A DNA stretch of 47,908 nt, taken from the NCBI RefSeq assembly GCF_001194135.2, contig NC_069005.1:23509799-23557706 (forward strand), in the 5' to 3' direction. A program made the translations under genes and the position numbers. Positions 1 through 11,647 of this stretch are shown here, piece after piece; positions within the stretch are counted from its first letter, which is position 1, and each line of letters opens with the position of its first letter. The stretch is from Octopus bimaculoides. Taxonomy: Eukaryota. The notes under the pieces were generated by a model that searched no databases, had not been told where the DNA came from, and saw only the letters and a program-made list of their open reading frames with translations.

Positions 1-60
1 ATATATATATATATATATATATATACATACATACATACATACATACATGCATACATACAT
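1..60. repeat. (TA)n/(TACA)n microsatellite
   Basis: Directly visible tandem TA then TACA units. Confidence 0.95.
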
Positions 61-307
61 ACACTGCTCCAGTATGGCTGCAGTCAAATGACTGAAACAA
101 ATAAAAGAATATATATACACACACAAACACATCACAAAACCACATACACACTACTCCTCTCTTACGCCCATCTTAAAAACACTGATACCCTCTTATATGT
201 ACACCCCAACTCACCCCTTCCTCCCTTCTTAAGCACCCAGCTCCCTGACTGGCCTTAACCCAACACCTGAGTTTTCTTTCCTCTTTCACACTCCACTTTT
301 AAACTTT

Positions 308-343
308 CCTTCCGATGAAGGCCTAGCGTCCAAAATGTTAAGG
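308..343 (+). other. Decayed minimal type I hammerhead-like motif (Penelope-like pseudo-LTR relic)
   Basis: CCTT-CCGATGA-A-GGCCTAGCGTCC-AAAAT-GTT-AAGG. Stem I CCTT/AAGG brackets the core. It differs from CUGAUGA...GAAAC-GUH at 3 positions, two of them CpG-type transitions. Confidence 0.45.
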
Positions 344-1748
344 TTCTTTCCCCTTCCTCTTTTCAAGTGGCAAACGAGCTCAATATTCGTTAAAGCTTGG
401 CCTTCCTTGTGTTGATCTTTTCCTTTTTGTTTTGTTTATTGCCTTTGCAACAAACCAACACACACGCATGCGCATGCACACACACAGACAAGTGGTGCTT
501 TCTGCATGAATGCAAATCGTGTAACGCTTGCTTTAACAAATACTAAATCAGATTTCCTGATATTTTTTTTCCAATTTCATGACAGATACCTGGAAAGCAG
601 GTACACCCCCCCACCCCCCACTCTTCTTCAATAATATGACTTCAGTTTTAAAAATTGTAAACTGTAGCTTAAGTACCAGGAGTTATCCCTGATACACACA
701 CACACACACGTTAAAAATGCATTAAAGAGGGAGGGACCAACGCTACTACATTGGCAGATAAATAATTTCTTTTTAATAGTAGAGTGCTGGTAATATGATG
801 TTGATACATGCACACACGCACACACACACACATCTATCTATCTATCTATCNNNNNNNNNNNNNNNNNNNNNNNNNNNNNNNNNNNNNNNNNNNNNNNNNN
901 NNNNNNNNNNNNNNNNNNNNNNNNNNNNNNNNNNNNNNNNNNNNNNNNNNNNNNNNNNNNNNNNNNNNNNNNNNNNNNNNNNNNNNNNNNNNNNNNNNNN
1001 NNNNNNNNNNNNNNNNNNNNNNNNNNNNNNNNNNNNNNNNNNNNNNNNNNNNNNNNNNNNNNNNNNNNNNNNNNNNNNNNNNNNNNNNNNNNNNNNNNNN
1101 NNNNNNNNNNNNNNNNNNNNNNNNNNNNNNNNNNNNNNNNNNNNNNNNNNNNNNNGTGTGTTAATAATAACAACAACAACAACAATAATGATAATAATAA
1201 TAATAATAATATAAAGTGATGAAGTCTAAATAATAAACAAAATGGCACAGCTTTCACGGTGCCTATCTTTCTAACACCATTCCATTTCCTAACCAATACT
1301 GTACTGCTTTCAAGGAACTTCCCAAAATACACTTCCCACTCTAACAACAAGCATGTGCACACGTGCTCACACGCATGCAACATACACATGCATAAGATTC
1401 TATAGAAAAAAAAAAATTTTTTTTTTTTTGAATTGTGAAGTGAAATCAAAAATAGAAAAATCAATGAATTGATGTGTATTATCACTCGTGAGATAATATT
1501 GGGTTACTAAGAATTAAGATGGATTTAATGTTTCTTAATGTGGCTTGATATGTTGGAAACCGGAAAAACTATAAAGAAAAGAAATATCCAACAACAAAAA
1601 TTCAAAAAATTGCGAAGCTAAAAAAGAAAACTACAAAATCAGATAAATATGTGAATGTATAGAATTAGCAGGTTAGACAGAGTCAATAAACAACCAGAAG
1701 CTAACTGAAGCTGTTAGGGCAGCAATGTAATGAAGAAGACGATGACAA

Positions 1749-1813
1749 TTAAATGGATCCTGCATCAGTTTCGATGATGCTGAGTATTACAGATGTTTGA
1801 TCAATAGGACAAC
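1749..1813 (-). CDS. Putative terminal coding exon of the minus-strand type I membrane protein gene ((G)CPIDQTSVILSIIETDAGSI*)
   Basis: Acceptor aataaatag|GT. A phase-1 start matches donor GAGG|gtttgc at 4791, and the frame is open to TAA at 1749-1751. The acceptor is pyrimidine-poor. Confidence 0.5.
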
Positions 1814-1894
1814 CTATTTATTGTGTTATCATAAGATGAAGTGATGGAATATTTCATAAACAACGAAGTACTACAAGAAGGATTCTATCTTTAA

Positions 1895-2366
1895 CCCTTT
1901 AGCACTTAAACTGGTCATATCCTCACGGAAGCGATGGTAAGTGACCAAGACCTTTGTAGATAAGCTGTGCTTGAGAAGATTAATCAAGCCAAGTGAAATC
2001 GTAGTCGTAGCCATTGCCAGCATCCTGTAAATGGCACCCATGAAATTGTAGTCATGGTTTGTGTTAAGAAGGACATCCAGCCATAGAAACCCTGCCAAAC
2101 CAGACTGGATCCTGGTGCAGCTCTCCAGCTTACCAGTTCCAGACATTAAATAATGATGATAATGATGATGATCCAGTCGAAATATTCTACCTGTTTTATG
2201 TTCAAAAGTGGCCTCTCAGGCCTCTCATACCTACCCTACAATGTCATTCTGAAAACTGAACAATCTCATCATTGAAATCTCAAAGCTATGAGAGGATGTA
2301 TGATTAATTCAAAGCAATGGAAATAAATAAGCATCACATTTGACGGAATAATCTGAATGCTAAGGG
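1895..2366 (+). mobile_element. TTAA-flanked piggyBac-like MITE with nested RTE 3' end
   Basis: TTAA|CCCTTTAGCA ... TGCTAAGGG|TTAA termini. Related copies or ends at 6510-6953, 14558-15032 and 24040-25113. Confidence 0.75.
1922..2170 (+). mobile_element. RTE-type LINE 3' end (ORF C-terminus, 3' UTR, GAT tail)
   Basis: Matches the 14582 copy that reads LMEALTSDQDLWRYAVLEKMIQAK*. Carries the catccagccatagaaac motif and a gatgat tail. Confidence 0.7.
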
Positions 2367-2659
2367 TTAACCCATAATCCTCAGGTAGAAACAGTGTGAC
2401 AGACACAGTATGGGACAATACTGGCCCCTTGAATGACAAGTACAATCAGCAGACTATACCACAGTATATAACATTGCCAGCATGAAGTACAGATGAGGGC
2501 AGCAAAGTCAAACTCTTTGTACACCAAATATAAACTAGGAACTAAGCACATGTAAGAGTGGTAATATGAAATCCCACTAAGGGTACCAAGTCATGGTGGA
2601 GCTCCAGCATGACCACAGCCACATGGCTGAAACACATTATAATATATATTTATATTTAC

Positions 2660-3040
2660 ATGGTTCTGGTTTCAGTCCCACCTTAGGCAAGCATCTATAA
2701 TAGAAGATGCTTGCCTAAGGTGACCAAAACCTTGTGAGTGAATTTGGTAGACAGAAACTGAAAGAGGTCCACCACTGTATATATATATATATATATATAT
2801 ATATGTCTATGTGTGTGTGTGTTTGTCCCCTACATTATTGCTTGATGACTGGTGTTGGTATGTTTACATCCCTGTAACTTAGCGGTTTGGCAAAAGGGAC
2901 CGATGACTAAGTAGTAGGCTTAAAAAATAAGTCCTGGCATTGATTTGTTTGACTAAAACCTTTCAAGGCAGTGCTCCAGCATGGCCATAGTCAAATGACT
3001 GAAATGTGTAAAAGAATAAAAGAATAAAAGAATAAAAGAA
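2660..3040 (+). mobile_element. SINE family A copy (5'-damaged)
   Basis: ttcagtccca B-box remnant, internal (TA)n(TG)n, and the ctccagcatggccatagtcaaatgactgaa tail shared with other copies. Confidence 0.8.
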
Positions 3041-3069
3041 TATAGGCAAATTGAAAATTAAAAATAACA

Positions 3070-3362
3070 AATGACTGGCACTCAGTCGGTTACGACAATG
3101 AGGGTTAGGGTTTATTCGATCAGCAGAACAGCCTGCTTGTGAAATTAATGTGCAAGTGGTTGAGCACTCCACAAACTTGTACCCTTAACATAGTTCTCGG
3201 AGAGATTCAGCATGACACAGAGCGTGAGAAAGCTGGCCCTTTGAAATACAGGAGTAGAGTCACATTAAATAAAGTGTCTTGCTGAAGGACACAATGCTCT
3301 GCCAGAAATTGAACTCAAGACCTTATGTTTGTGAACCGAATACCCTAACCACTAAGCCACTC
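3070..3362 (-). mobile_element. SINE family B copy
   Basis: Reverse complement of the head gtggcttagtggttagggtattcg plus the cagcaagacactttattt core. Confidence 0.8.
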
Positions 3363-3759
3363 ACAAAACAGCAGAAGTCAAAAGGGTGTACACATGGAAT
3401 GTATTAGGTTGATGTTCAGTAAAAGATGGAAAAAAAGAGTGGGTGTACAATGCTTCAAGCATGGCCTTCGTCAGAAAGAGGAGAGATGACGGGTACAAAG
3501 AAAGAAGGAAGTTTAAGAAAAGCACATATATAGGTGTGTGTGTGTGTGTGCAGGTAAGCATGTTATAAAAACAGACAAATGGATGTCTGGTATTGCGACA
3601 ATTGTTTCATCAGGAGTTTTTATTTTGATGTGAGCATAATACAATTAGATTGTGTAACACATTATGTAACTCCCAACTCATCAGGCAATCGGGTAATAAA
3701 GGTGAGCAATGGCTTGTTCATTAATAACAGCAGCAGTTGAAATGGAACATTAATAATGG

Positions 3760-3990
3760 TTTTAAATTTTGGCACAAGGCCAGCAAGTCTGGGGGAGGGG
3801 GTAAGTCAATTACATTGACNNNNNNNNNNCCCCCCTCCCCCAAAGTATTCGACTGGTACTTATTTTATCGACCCTGGAAGGATGAAAGGCAAAGTGAGTA
3901 CTAGTGAAGGTAGAACTCAGAATGTAAAGATGGATGAAATACTTCTAAGCTTTTTTGCTCAGTGTGCTAACAATTCTGCCAGCTCTGGCA
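3760..3990 (-). mobile_element. SINE family C copy
   Basis: Reverse complement of the gagctggcagaattgttagc...ctgagttc...tttgcctttcatcc family motifs. Confidence 0.8.
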
Positions 3991-4119
3991 TCAATATCAC
4001 CAATCTGGGAAGACCTGGAAAAGAACTGACCCTTCTTCAAGACTCATTAAATAATGGAATAGAAAAAAAAAACATAAACACAAATAAAACAAAGATTTTT
4101 CATTTATTTTTAGTGCCTG

Positions 4120-4305
4120 TGCAATGCCACATAAAAGTACTCAGCACACTCTGTAAAGTGGTTGGCGTTAGGAAGGGCATCCAGTGGTAGAAACCATGCC
4201 AAATCAAACTGGAGTCTGATGCAGCTCCCTATCTTGCCAGCTCTGGCCAAACCGTCCATCCCATGCCAGCATGGACAATGGACGTTAAATAATCATGATG
4301 ACGAT
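4120..4305 (+). mobile_element. RTE-type LINE 3' UTR fragment
   Basis: gtggttggcgttaggaagggcatccag...ggacgttaaataatcatgatg. Confidence 0.75.
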
Positions 4306-4790
4306 AAATAAAAGGTTGTTTTACCTTTCCTTGGGGGGTGTTCCTTCCCATCGAGGTAATTCTGGTGATGGATTCAAATCTAAGGTTAGTGAGGCGCTGG
4401 ATCCCCTCCTGGAGCATAGAAGTGAAAACACATTGGTTAGAAATATGTAGGCATCAGATTATCATAAGAGGTCTGTAGACAGGAGGATGTGGTCAAGAGA
4501 GGAAAGAAAGGTGAGTGTAACTTTGAGAGTAGCTAAAGGAGTGCAGTCAAAGGAGCATAATAAGGGAGTAATCAAAAGTTTGTGGTTGCAAATATTCAGT
4601 GAAAAGTGAATTCAGATTTGTGCCATATAAAATGTTTAATGACAGGTGTACAGTAACAGATACTTAATTAAAGGTGTGCATTGCATAAAGAGGATTTAGT
4701 AGTGGTGACAACAGCTCTGAGAATTCAATGTCAACTATGATCAGAGAATTATATCAGATACTCAAAAAAGTGTGTACCTTTTAAGCAAAC

Positions 4791-4986
4791 CCTCAGCTCT
4801 CATCTGTACTGGAGTTTGAGCAGGTAGAGGTGTAACACAACGTTTGACCACATAAACTGGAGAAGACTCTGGTTGAACCATCATAGCGTCTTTCATATTA
4901 GGTTTGAGTGTTGGATAGAATATTCTTTGTACTGTAGGATTTTTCAATTCAGCCTTTTTGACTTTTTGTCGATAACAGCAGTAGAC
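4791..4986 (-). CDS. Cytoplasmic juxtamembrane exon (VYCCYRQKVKKAELKNPTVQRIFYPTLKPNMKDAMMVQPESSPVYVVKRCVTPLPAQTPVQMRAE-G)
   Basis: Acceptor ttatttacag|GTC. Phase 0 follows the TM exon, and a Cys/basic stop-transfer motif is present. The donor is either AGG|gtttgc (4791) or AAG|gtacac (4778). Confidence 0.75.
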
Positions 4987-5289
4987 CTGTAAATAAAGAT
5001 AGACATAGATATTGGATAATTTGACACAATACAATGTCTGATACAAATGTGTGTATGTATACACACACACATATATATTAAGTATGATAAACACAAGATG
5101 TGGTTCATACCATTTGTTCCCTACACATGTTTCAGTAATGTGACTATATGCATCCTCTGCAGTGCATGTTCATAGTGATTTGGATGAAGATCCATAACAG
5201 TTCTTCAGAGTAACACTTCACTACATTATGTTAAAACAGAACAAATGCACACACACACACACACACACATTTATATATACATAATTTAT

Positions 5290-5505
5290 TGATTTTAAAT
5301 GTTAGCACGAGGCCAGTAAGTTTGAGGGAGGGCATAAATTGATTGCATTGACCCCAGTAATCAATGTGTACTTATTTTTATGACCTTGCAAAAAATGAAA
5401 CAAAGTCAACCATGGCGGAATTTGAACTCAGATCGTAAATATGGAGAAAATGAAGCTGAGTATTTTGTCAGGCATTCTAACAATTCTGCCAACTTGCTGC
5501 TTTAA
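5290..5505 (-). mobile_element. SINE family C copy
   Basis: gcggaatttgaactcaga and aacaattctgccaacttgctgc motifs (reverse strand of the family head). Confidence 0.75.
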
Positions 5506-6576
5506 TGCATTTATTTATATATATATAAAACAGAGTCTGTGTGTGTGTGTGTGTGTGGTGCATATGTTCCTTAAGGATTGAAAAACTGAGTTGCTGATTN
5601 NNNNNNNNNNNNNNNNNNNNNNNNNNNNNNNNNNNNNNNNNNNNNNNNNNNNNNNNNNNNNNNNNNNNNNNNNNNNNNNNNNNNNNNNNNNNNNNNNNNN
5701 NNNNNNNNNNNNNNNNNNNNNNNNNNNNNNNNNNNNNNNNNNNNNNNNNNNNNNNNNNNNNNNNNNNNNNNNNNNNNNNNNNNNNNNNNNNNNNNNNNNN
5801 NNNNNNNNNNNNNNNNNNNNNNNNNNNNNNNNNNNNNNNNNNNNNNNNNNNNNNNNNNNNNNNNNNNNNNNNNNNNNNNNNNNNNNNNNNNNNNNNNNNN
5901 NNNNNNNNNNNNNNNNNNNNNNNNNNNNNNNNNNNNNNNNNNNNNNNNNNNNNNNNNNNNNNNNNNNNNNNNNNNNNNNNNNNNNNNNNNNNNNNNNNNN
6001 NNNNNNNNNNNNNNNNNNNNNNNNNNNNNNNNNNNNNNNNNNNNNNNNNNNNNNNNNNNNNNNNNNNNNNNNNNNNNNNNNNNNNNNNNNNNNNNNNNNN
6101 NNNNNNNNNNNNNNNNNNNNNNNNNNNNNNNNNNNNNNNNNNNNNNNNNNNNNNNNNNNNNNNNNNNNNNNNNNNNNNNNNNNNNNNNNNNNNNNNNNNN
6201 NNNNNNNNNNNNNNNNNNNNNNNNNNNNNNNNNNNNNNNNNNNNNNNNNNNNNNNNNNNNNNNNNNNNNNNNNNNNNNNNNNNNNNNNNNNNNNNNNNNN
6301 NNNNNNNNNNNNNNNNNNNNNNNNNNNNNNNNNNNNNNNNNNNNNNNNNNNNNNNNNNNNNNNNNNNNNNNNNNNNNNNNNNNNNNNNNNNNNNNNNNNN
6401 NNNNNNNNNNNNNNNNNNNNNNNNNNNNNNNNNNNNNNNNNNNNNNNNNNNNNNNNNNNNNNNNNNNNNNNNNNNNNNNNNNNNNNNNNNNNNNNNNNNN
6501 NNNNNNNNGCTAAGAAATAAGGTATGATTAATTCAAAACAATATGAATAAATAAGCATTTCATTTGGCAGAGTGTG

Positions 6577-6905
6577 AAGGTGGATGGCTCAATGGTTAGA
6601 ACATTGGGCTCACAATCATGAGGTAGTGAGTTTGATTCCCAGCCTGGGCTGTGTGTTGTGATCTTGAGCAAGACACTTTATTTCACATTGCTCCAGTTCA
6701 CTCAGCTGTAGAAATGAGTTGCAACGTCACTGGTGCCAAGCTATATTGGTTTTTACCTTTCCCTTGGATAACATCGGTGACATGGAGAGGGGAGGCTGGC
6801 TTGCTGGGCAACTGCTGGTCTTCCATAAACAAACTTGCCCAGACTTGTGCCTTAGAGGGAAACTTTCTAGGTGCAATCAACACGGTCATTCGTGACTAAA
6901 GTGGG
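6577..6905 (+). mobile_element. SINE family B copy inserted in the right arm of a TTAA MITE
   Basis: ggctcaatggttag A-box-like and gagtttgattccc B-box-like motifs, ttgagcaagacactttatttc core. MITE sequence resumes at ~6920 (atctgaatgctaaaggg). Confidence 0.75.
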
Positions 6906-7150
6906 TCTTTACCCTTTTTACATTTGACAGATTAATCTGAATGCTAAAGGGTTATAGAAGAGGAAATCAGCACTGAAAACAAACAATAAAAAGACAGTGG
7001 GAGACCGTCAATTGTGACTATTGACAGGAATTACCAGAGTGGATAAATTGATTTATGTGGACAGATGATCCACAATCCATCAGCTTGGTATACAACTAAA
7101 CTCTATGGCCACAACTCAATATAGAAGAAAGTGGCAAACTTTATGTATGC

Positions 7151-7932
7151 ACAGGAGTGGCTGTGTGGTAAGTAGCTTGCTTCCCAACCACATGGTTCCG
7201 GGTTCAGTCCCACTGCATGGCACCTTGGGCAAGTGTCTTCTACTGTAGCCTCAGGCCCACCAAAGTCTTGTGAGTGGATTTGGTAGACGGAAACTGAAAG
7301 AATACCATCGTGTATATATATATATATACATCATCATCATCATCATCATCGTTTAACGTCCGCCTTCCATGCTAGCATGGGTTGGACGATTTGACTGAGG
7401 ACTGGTGAAACCGGACGGCAACACCAGGCTCCAATCTAATTTGGCAGAGTTTCTACAGCTGGATGCCCTTCCTAATGCCAACCACTCAGAGAGTGTAGTG
7501 GGTGCTTTTACGTGTTACCCGCACGAAAACAGCCACGCTCGAAATGGTGTCTTCTATGTGCCACCTGCACAAGAGCCAGTCCAGGGGCACCGGCAACGAT
7601 CTCGCTCGAAAAACCTCATGTGTCACTCGCACAAAAGATATCATGTGTCGCCCGCACATGAGCCAGTCCAGGGGCACTGGCAACGATCCCGCTCGAAAGA
7701 TTATATATATATGTATGTGTGTGTGTATATGTTGTGTATCTGTGTTTGTCCTCCCAACATCGCTTGACAACCGATGCTGGTGTGTTTAGGTCCCCGTAAC
7801 TTAGCGGTTCGGCAAGAAAGACCGATAGAATAAGTACTAGGCTTACAAAGAATAAGTCCTGGGGTCGATTTGATTTGACTAAAGGTGGTGCTCCAGCATG
7901 GCTGCAGTTAAATGACTGAAACAAGTAAAGGA
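7151..7932 (+). mobile_element. Full SINE family A copy with a nested RTE 3' end
   Basis: ggctgtgtggtaag A-box-like and ggttcagtccc B-box motifs, internal microsatellite, conserved tail. Confidence 0.85.
7331..7697 (-). mobile_element. RTE-type 3' UTR fragment with an internal duplication
   Basis: catcatcgtttaacgtccg...ctggatgcccttcctaatgccaaccac. The block gagccagtccaggggcac...cgctcgaaa occurs twice. Confidence 0.75.
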
Positions 7933-8798
7933 ATATGACAAAGAGAGAGTGCAAAATGGGGCACCTCAGCAGTTGGCACTTGACTCGAAGGAGGGAAGCT
8001 TGGAAGTCTGCTCTGATATACTGGAAGCATTTGTCAGGGGACAAAATATGGCCATAACTTTATGATCTGGAAACAAAGGCTCAGACTATGAAATAGCATC
8101 ACATCTTTTCTCCCAGACCTAAGAAGTTCAAGAACCAGCAGCCAACACAGGAAATCATGGTGATTGTTATTTGGTAACATTTCTCATGGCCAGACATTTT
8201 TTTATGGAAGACTGGAAATGAATGACACACTTGTTTACATCTATCATGTGATGTCAAGACAAAGGTAAACATACACACACACACAAACCCAGGCACTAAA
8301 TAAGTTGAAACAATACAATCATAGTGACATATCAAAGTGGTTTGCAGTCATGTGGTGGTAACATACCAAAGCAGACTTGAGCTACATGGTGACTAAGTGG
8401 TCGGATCATTAGTCTTGTTGATAACTCAGCAAAAAATAGTCATTAATATTTCTGTGATACATCTAAATGGTGGTAGACATTGAATGTCACATCCAAGTGG
8501 ACCGCAGACAACAGCTATATGGCAACGCATCATAAAAACAATAGCGATGTGACATCTTGTGTAAATGATGACACCAAAGTGGGTGGGAGCTGTCATATGG
8601 TGATAGTCAGAGGTGGTGTGGGGCAAGTAGTAATGAAATGGTGATATTAAAGGAGGGCAGTAATCAAAGTAATTAATAAATAAGGATGTCAGTAATCACA
8701 CTATTTAAGTGGCAGTATCAAGGTTAGTAAGGTCGACCATAATGACATAGTGACATTGAAGGATGAGACAAAATTACAAGTCCAAAACAAAAGTGAAT

Positions 8799-9133
8799 TT
8801 AATGCGGATGTTCTCTTCGAACAAACTATACTGCAGTAGATACCTTGAGAGTAGCTCTCATATTGGCTTATGGTGCAAAATGCACTCTTGCTTATATCAC
8901 TAGCAGGGAGATATGTCCAAATAACAATCTCTTGCGTTGAGTGTCCATTATTGATGAGACCAAGGAAGGTCGAAATTATGTGATCTGGTGGTCTCAGCAC
9001 TGGAGAAGGTGGAGATTTATCTCCTTGCTAGTGATATAAATAAGAGTGCATTCTGCACTAAAAGCCAATATGATAGTTTTTCTTATGGTATCTACTGCAG
9101 TATAGTGTGTTCTAACAGAACATCCACATTTAA
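8799..9133. mobile_element. Foldback/MITE-like long inverted repeat with TTAA at the outer ends
   Basis: Arm 8799-8912 aligns to the reverse complement of 9019-9133 (actatactgcagtagatacc, catattggctt and tatatcactagca are shared). Spacer ~106 nt. Confidence 0.8.
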
Positions 9134-9210
9134 GTGGGGATAAATAAGACACTTTGGCATTAAAAATTCCTCTGTTGCTAATAAATATGAATTTAATGTG
9201 TCTGACTTAC

Positions 9211-9321
9211 CAGAATGGTGACTAACATAGTGACAAGAGCTGCAGCACAGGAGGCGACTATGTAGGGGAAGTAGTGTTGCATCCACACTGGATCAGTCAT
9301 TGAAGTTTTTACCACAGATGT
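9211..9321 (-). CDS. Transmembrane exon (TSVVKTSMTDPVWMQHYFPYIVASCAAALVTMLVTIL)
   Basis: Acceptor ttaatttcag|ACA and donor CTG|gtaagt. 111 nt, phase 0/0, ending in a hydrophobic helix that continues into VYCC of the next exon. Confidence 0.85.
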
Positions 9322-9589
9322 CTGAAATTAATGAATGGGTATTAATTAGTGATTGGTCAGCTAAGACAGTTTACACCTCTACCTTACAATGTTATCATAT
9401 TCTCATATAATCATCTTCAGTCACTGAGACCACAATTAGAGAAAAGTAAAGTAAAGGGTGTGTGTAATTATGGTTTTTTTTTTATCCCTGAACCAATGAG
9501 GAAATGTTTAGATGGACATTAGTCCTGCTAGTAAATAGCAAAATCTCCCTCAAATCTCATCAACCACTTTTCAGCTTTCCATATTAAAA

Positions 9590-9790
9590 GCACTGGTGAA
9601 GGGGCCACATACAAAAGAATCCAGTACACTCTGTGGAATGGTTGGTGTTAGGAATGGCAACAAGTTGTAGATACTGTGCCAGAACATACAATAGAGCCTG
9701 GTGCAGGGTCTGGGCTGACCAGCTCTGGTCAAACTGTTCAACTCATGACAAATGGAAAACTGATGTTAAATGATGATGATGATGATGGTA
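9590..9790 (+). mobile_element. RTE-type 3' UTR fragment
   Basis: ggttggtgttaggaatggc...gatgttaaatgatgatgat. Confidence 0.65.
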
Positions 9791-10017
9791 TTATGTCTTG
9801 TGAGAATATGGATCTGAAACTGGAAAGTCAGAGATGACACTGAAGCATTCTCTCCTTGGAGCAGACTTGGGCAAAGTTGTATGGAAGACAAGCTGTTGAT
9901 CTTGCCTATGCAGTGAGTCTCTCTTTACCATGTTACAAATGTTATCGCAAAGAAAGGCAAGAGCTGATACACTTCAGTACCAGTGTCTTCACACAAGAAT
10001 TTCCACAATATAGGCAT

Positions 10018-10345
10018 AGATATGGCTGTGTGGTAAGATGCTTGCTTCCCAACCATATGGATCCAGGTTCAGTCCCATTGCATGGCACCCTGTGCAAGTG
10101 TCTTCTATTATAGTTTTAGGCCGACCAAAGCCACGTGAGTGGATTTGGTAGATGGAAACTGAAAGAAACCTGTTATAGGCACATGCATGGCTGTGTGGTA
10201 AGAAGTTTACTTCCCAACCACATGGTTCCAAGTTCAGTCCCAGTGCATGGCACCTTGGGCAAGTGTCTTCTATTATAGCCTTGGGCTGAGTAAAGCCTTG
10301 TGAGTGGATTTGGTAAACAGAAACTGACAGAGGCTCATCATATAT
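10018..10345 (+). mobile_element. Two tandem SINE family A heads
   Basis: ggctgtgtggtaaga...gttcagtccca...gtggatttggta occurs twice (10018-10170, 10185-10345). Confidence 0.8.
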
Positions 10346-10399
10346 ATATANNNNNNNNNNNNNNNNNNNNNNNNNNNNGTATGTATGTATGTATATATA

Positions 10400-10908
10400 C
10401 GAGGTCTGATCAATAAGTATCTGGACTGATGCCATAGTAATGAAGCTAAAGCATGCAGAGTAAAGCTGCTTGGTAATGAGTGACCTTGACCTCTGCTGTG
10501 CATGTGCACTAAGTTTTAATATCCTAGTTCACTTCCACTGATTACAGCAGTGCTTGGAAGTAATGTGTGTAATGTATGATCGTCACATTGACCATGACAG
10601 AGAAAGTTGTCATGGCGATACCTGCTCAGAGTCCTATGCAAAGTTGCAGAAAGTGTATGGAGGGGAGTGTATGAGCTACACACAAGTGTATGAGTGGTTC
10701 AGACGTTTCGAAGATGGCTGAAAAAATGTTGATAGTGACGAATGCTCTGGGAGACTCGCAACCAGCAGAACTGAGGAAAACATCACAGATGTGCATGCAG
10801 CTGTGAGGGGAAATTGTTGAATAACCATCTGTGAGTTATCAGAGGATGTATAGATTAGTTACGGTTCAGTTCAGTCCATTATCACTGAAGATTTGGGTAT
10901 GAGACGAA
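10400..10908 (+). mobile_element. Mariner transposon 5' relic (TIR plus HTH region of a pseudo-transposase)
   Basis: TA|CGAGGTCTGATCAATAAGT TIR. Reads SYAKLQKVYGGECMSYTQVYEWFRRFEDG*...SGR...ISYGSVQSIITEDLGMR with stops. Confidence 0.85.
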
Positions 10909-11082
10909 TGACAAGGCTGGCCCTTCGAATTATAGGTATTGCTCATTTTTGCCAGCTGAGTGGACTGGAACAACATGAAATAAAGTGTCTTGCTCAAGGA
11001 CACAATGTGTTGCTGGGTATTGAACTCACGACCTTATGACTGTGAGATGAATACCCCTAACCATTAAGCCATGCATCTTCAC
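10905..11082 (-). mobile_element. SINE family B copy truncating the mariner relic
   Basis: aaagtgtcttgctcaagg and ctaaccattaagccatgc (reverse strand). Confidence 0.8.
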
Positions 11083-11647
11083 ATATAGATGTGTGTGTGT
11101 GTGTATGTTTGTATTTCCTTGCCTTGACATTGCATGATATTCGTAAATGAGTGTCACTGTCATATAAGCAGTGTTATTCATTTCCAATACTCATCAAACA
11201 CATGTCCAGTCATGGAGAAATATTACATAACTTGGAGATAGGTAAGGATTAGCCACAGGAAGAGCATCCAGCCATAGAAAATCTGCATTGCTAAACTCCT
11301 TCTAACCCATGCAAACATGGCTAAATGCGCATCAAAATAATGATGTTTAAGACGGACAAAATATACTTTGTAATATTTGTTCTGGCCCCTTTAAATTCTG
11401 AGTTTACCAGCAACAACATTGGTGCCAAGCTGCCTTTGTTGTACCCCCTGACAACACTGATGGCATGGAAAAGGAAATCTGCTGCATGAGAAACTGATGG
11501 TCTTCTGTTAAAAAAAACCCCTAAGCATAGGTCCCAATCCCCTAAAAAGAATTTTCTAAGTAGGAAATTCATGATGTAATAGACTTATGATCTCAAAGAC
11601 AGTCCAGCTATAACCATTTTATTCTTTCTTGGGCTATGTATACAGAG

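Noticed and set aside
4305-4760. Possible old LINE C-terminal fragment on the minus strand
   Set aside because: Too degenerate to read any diagnostic motif.
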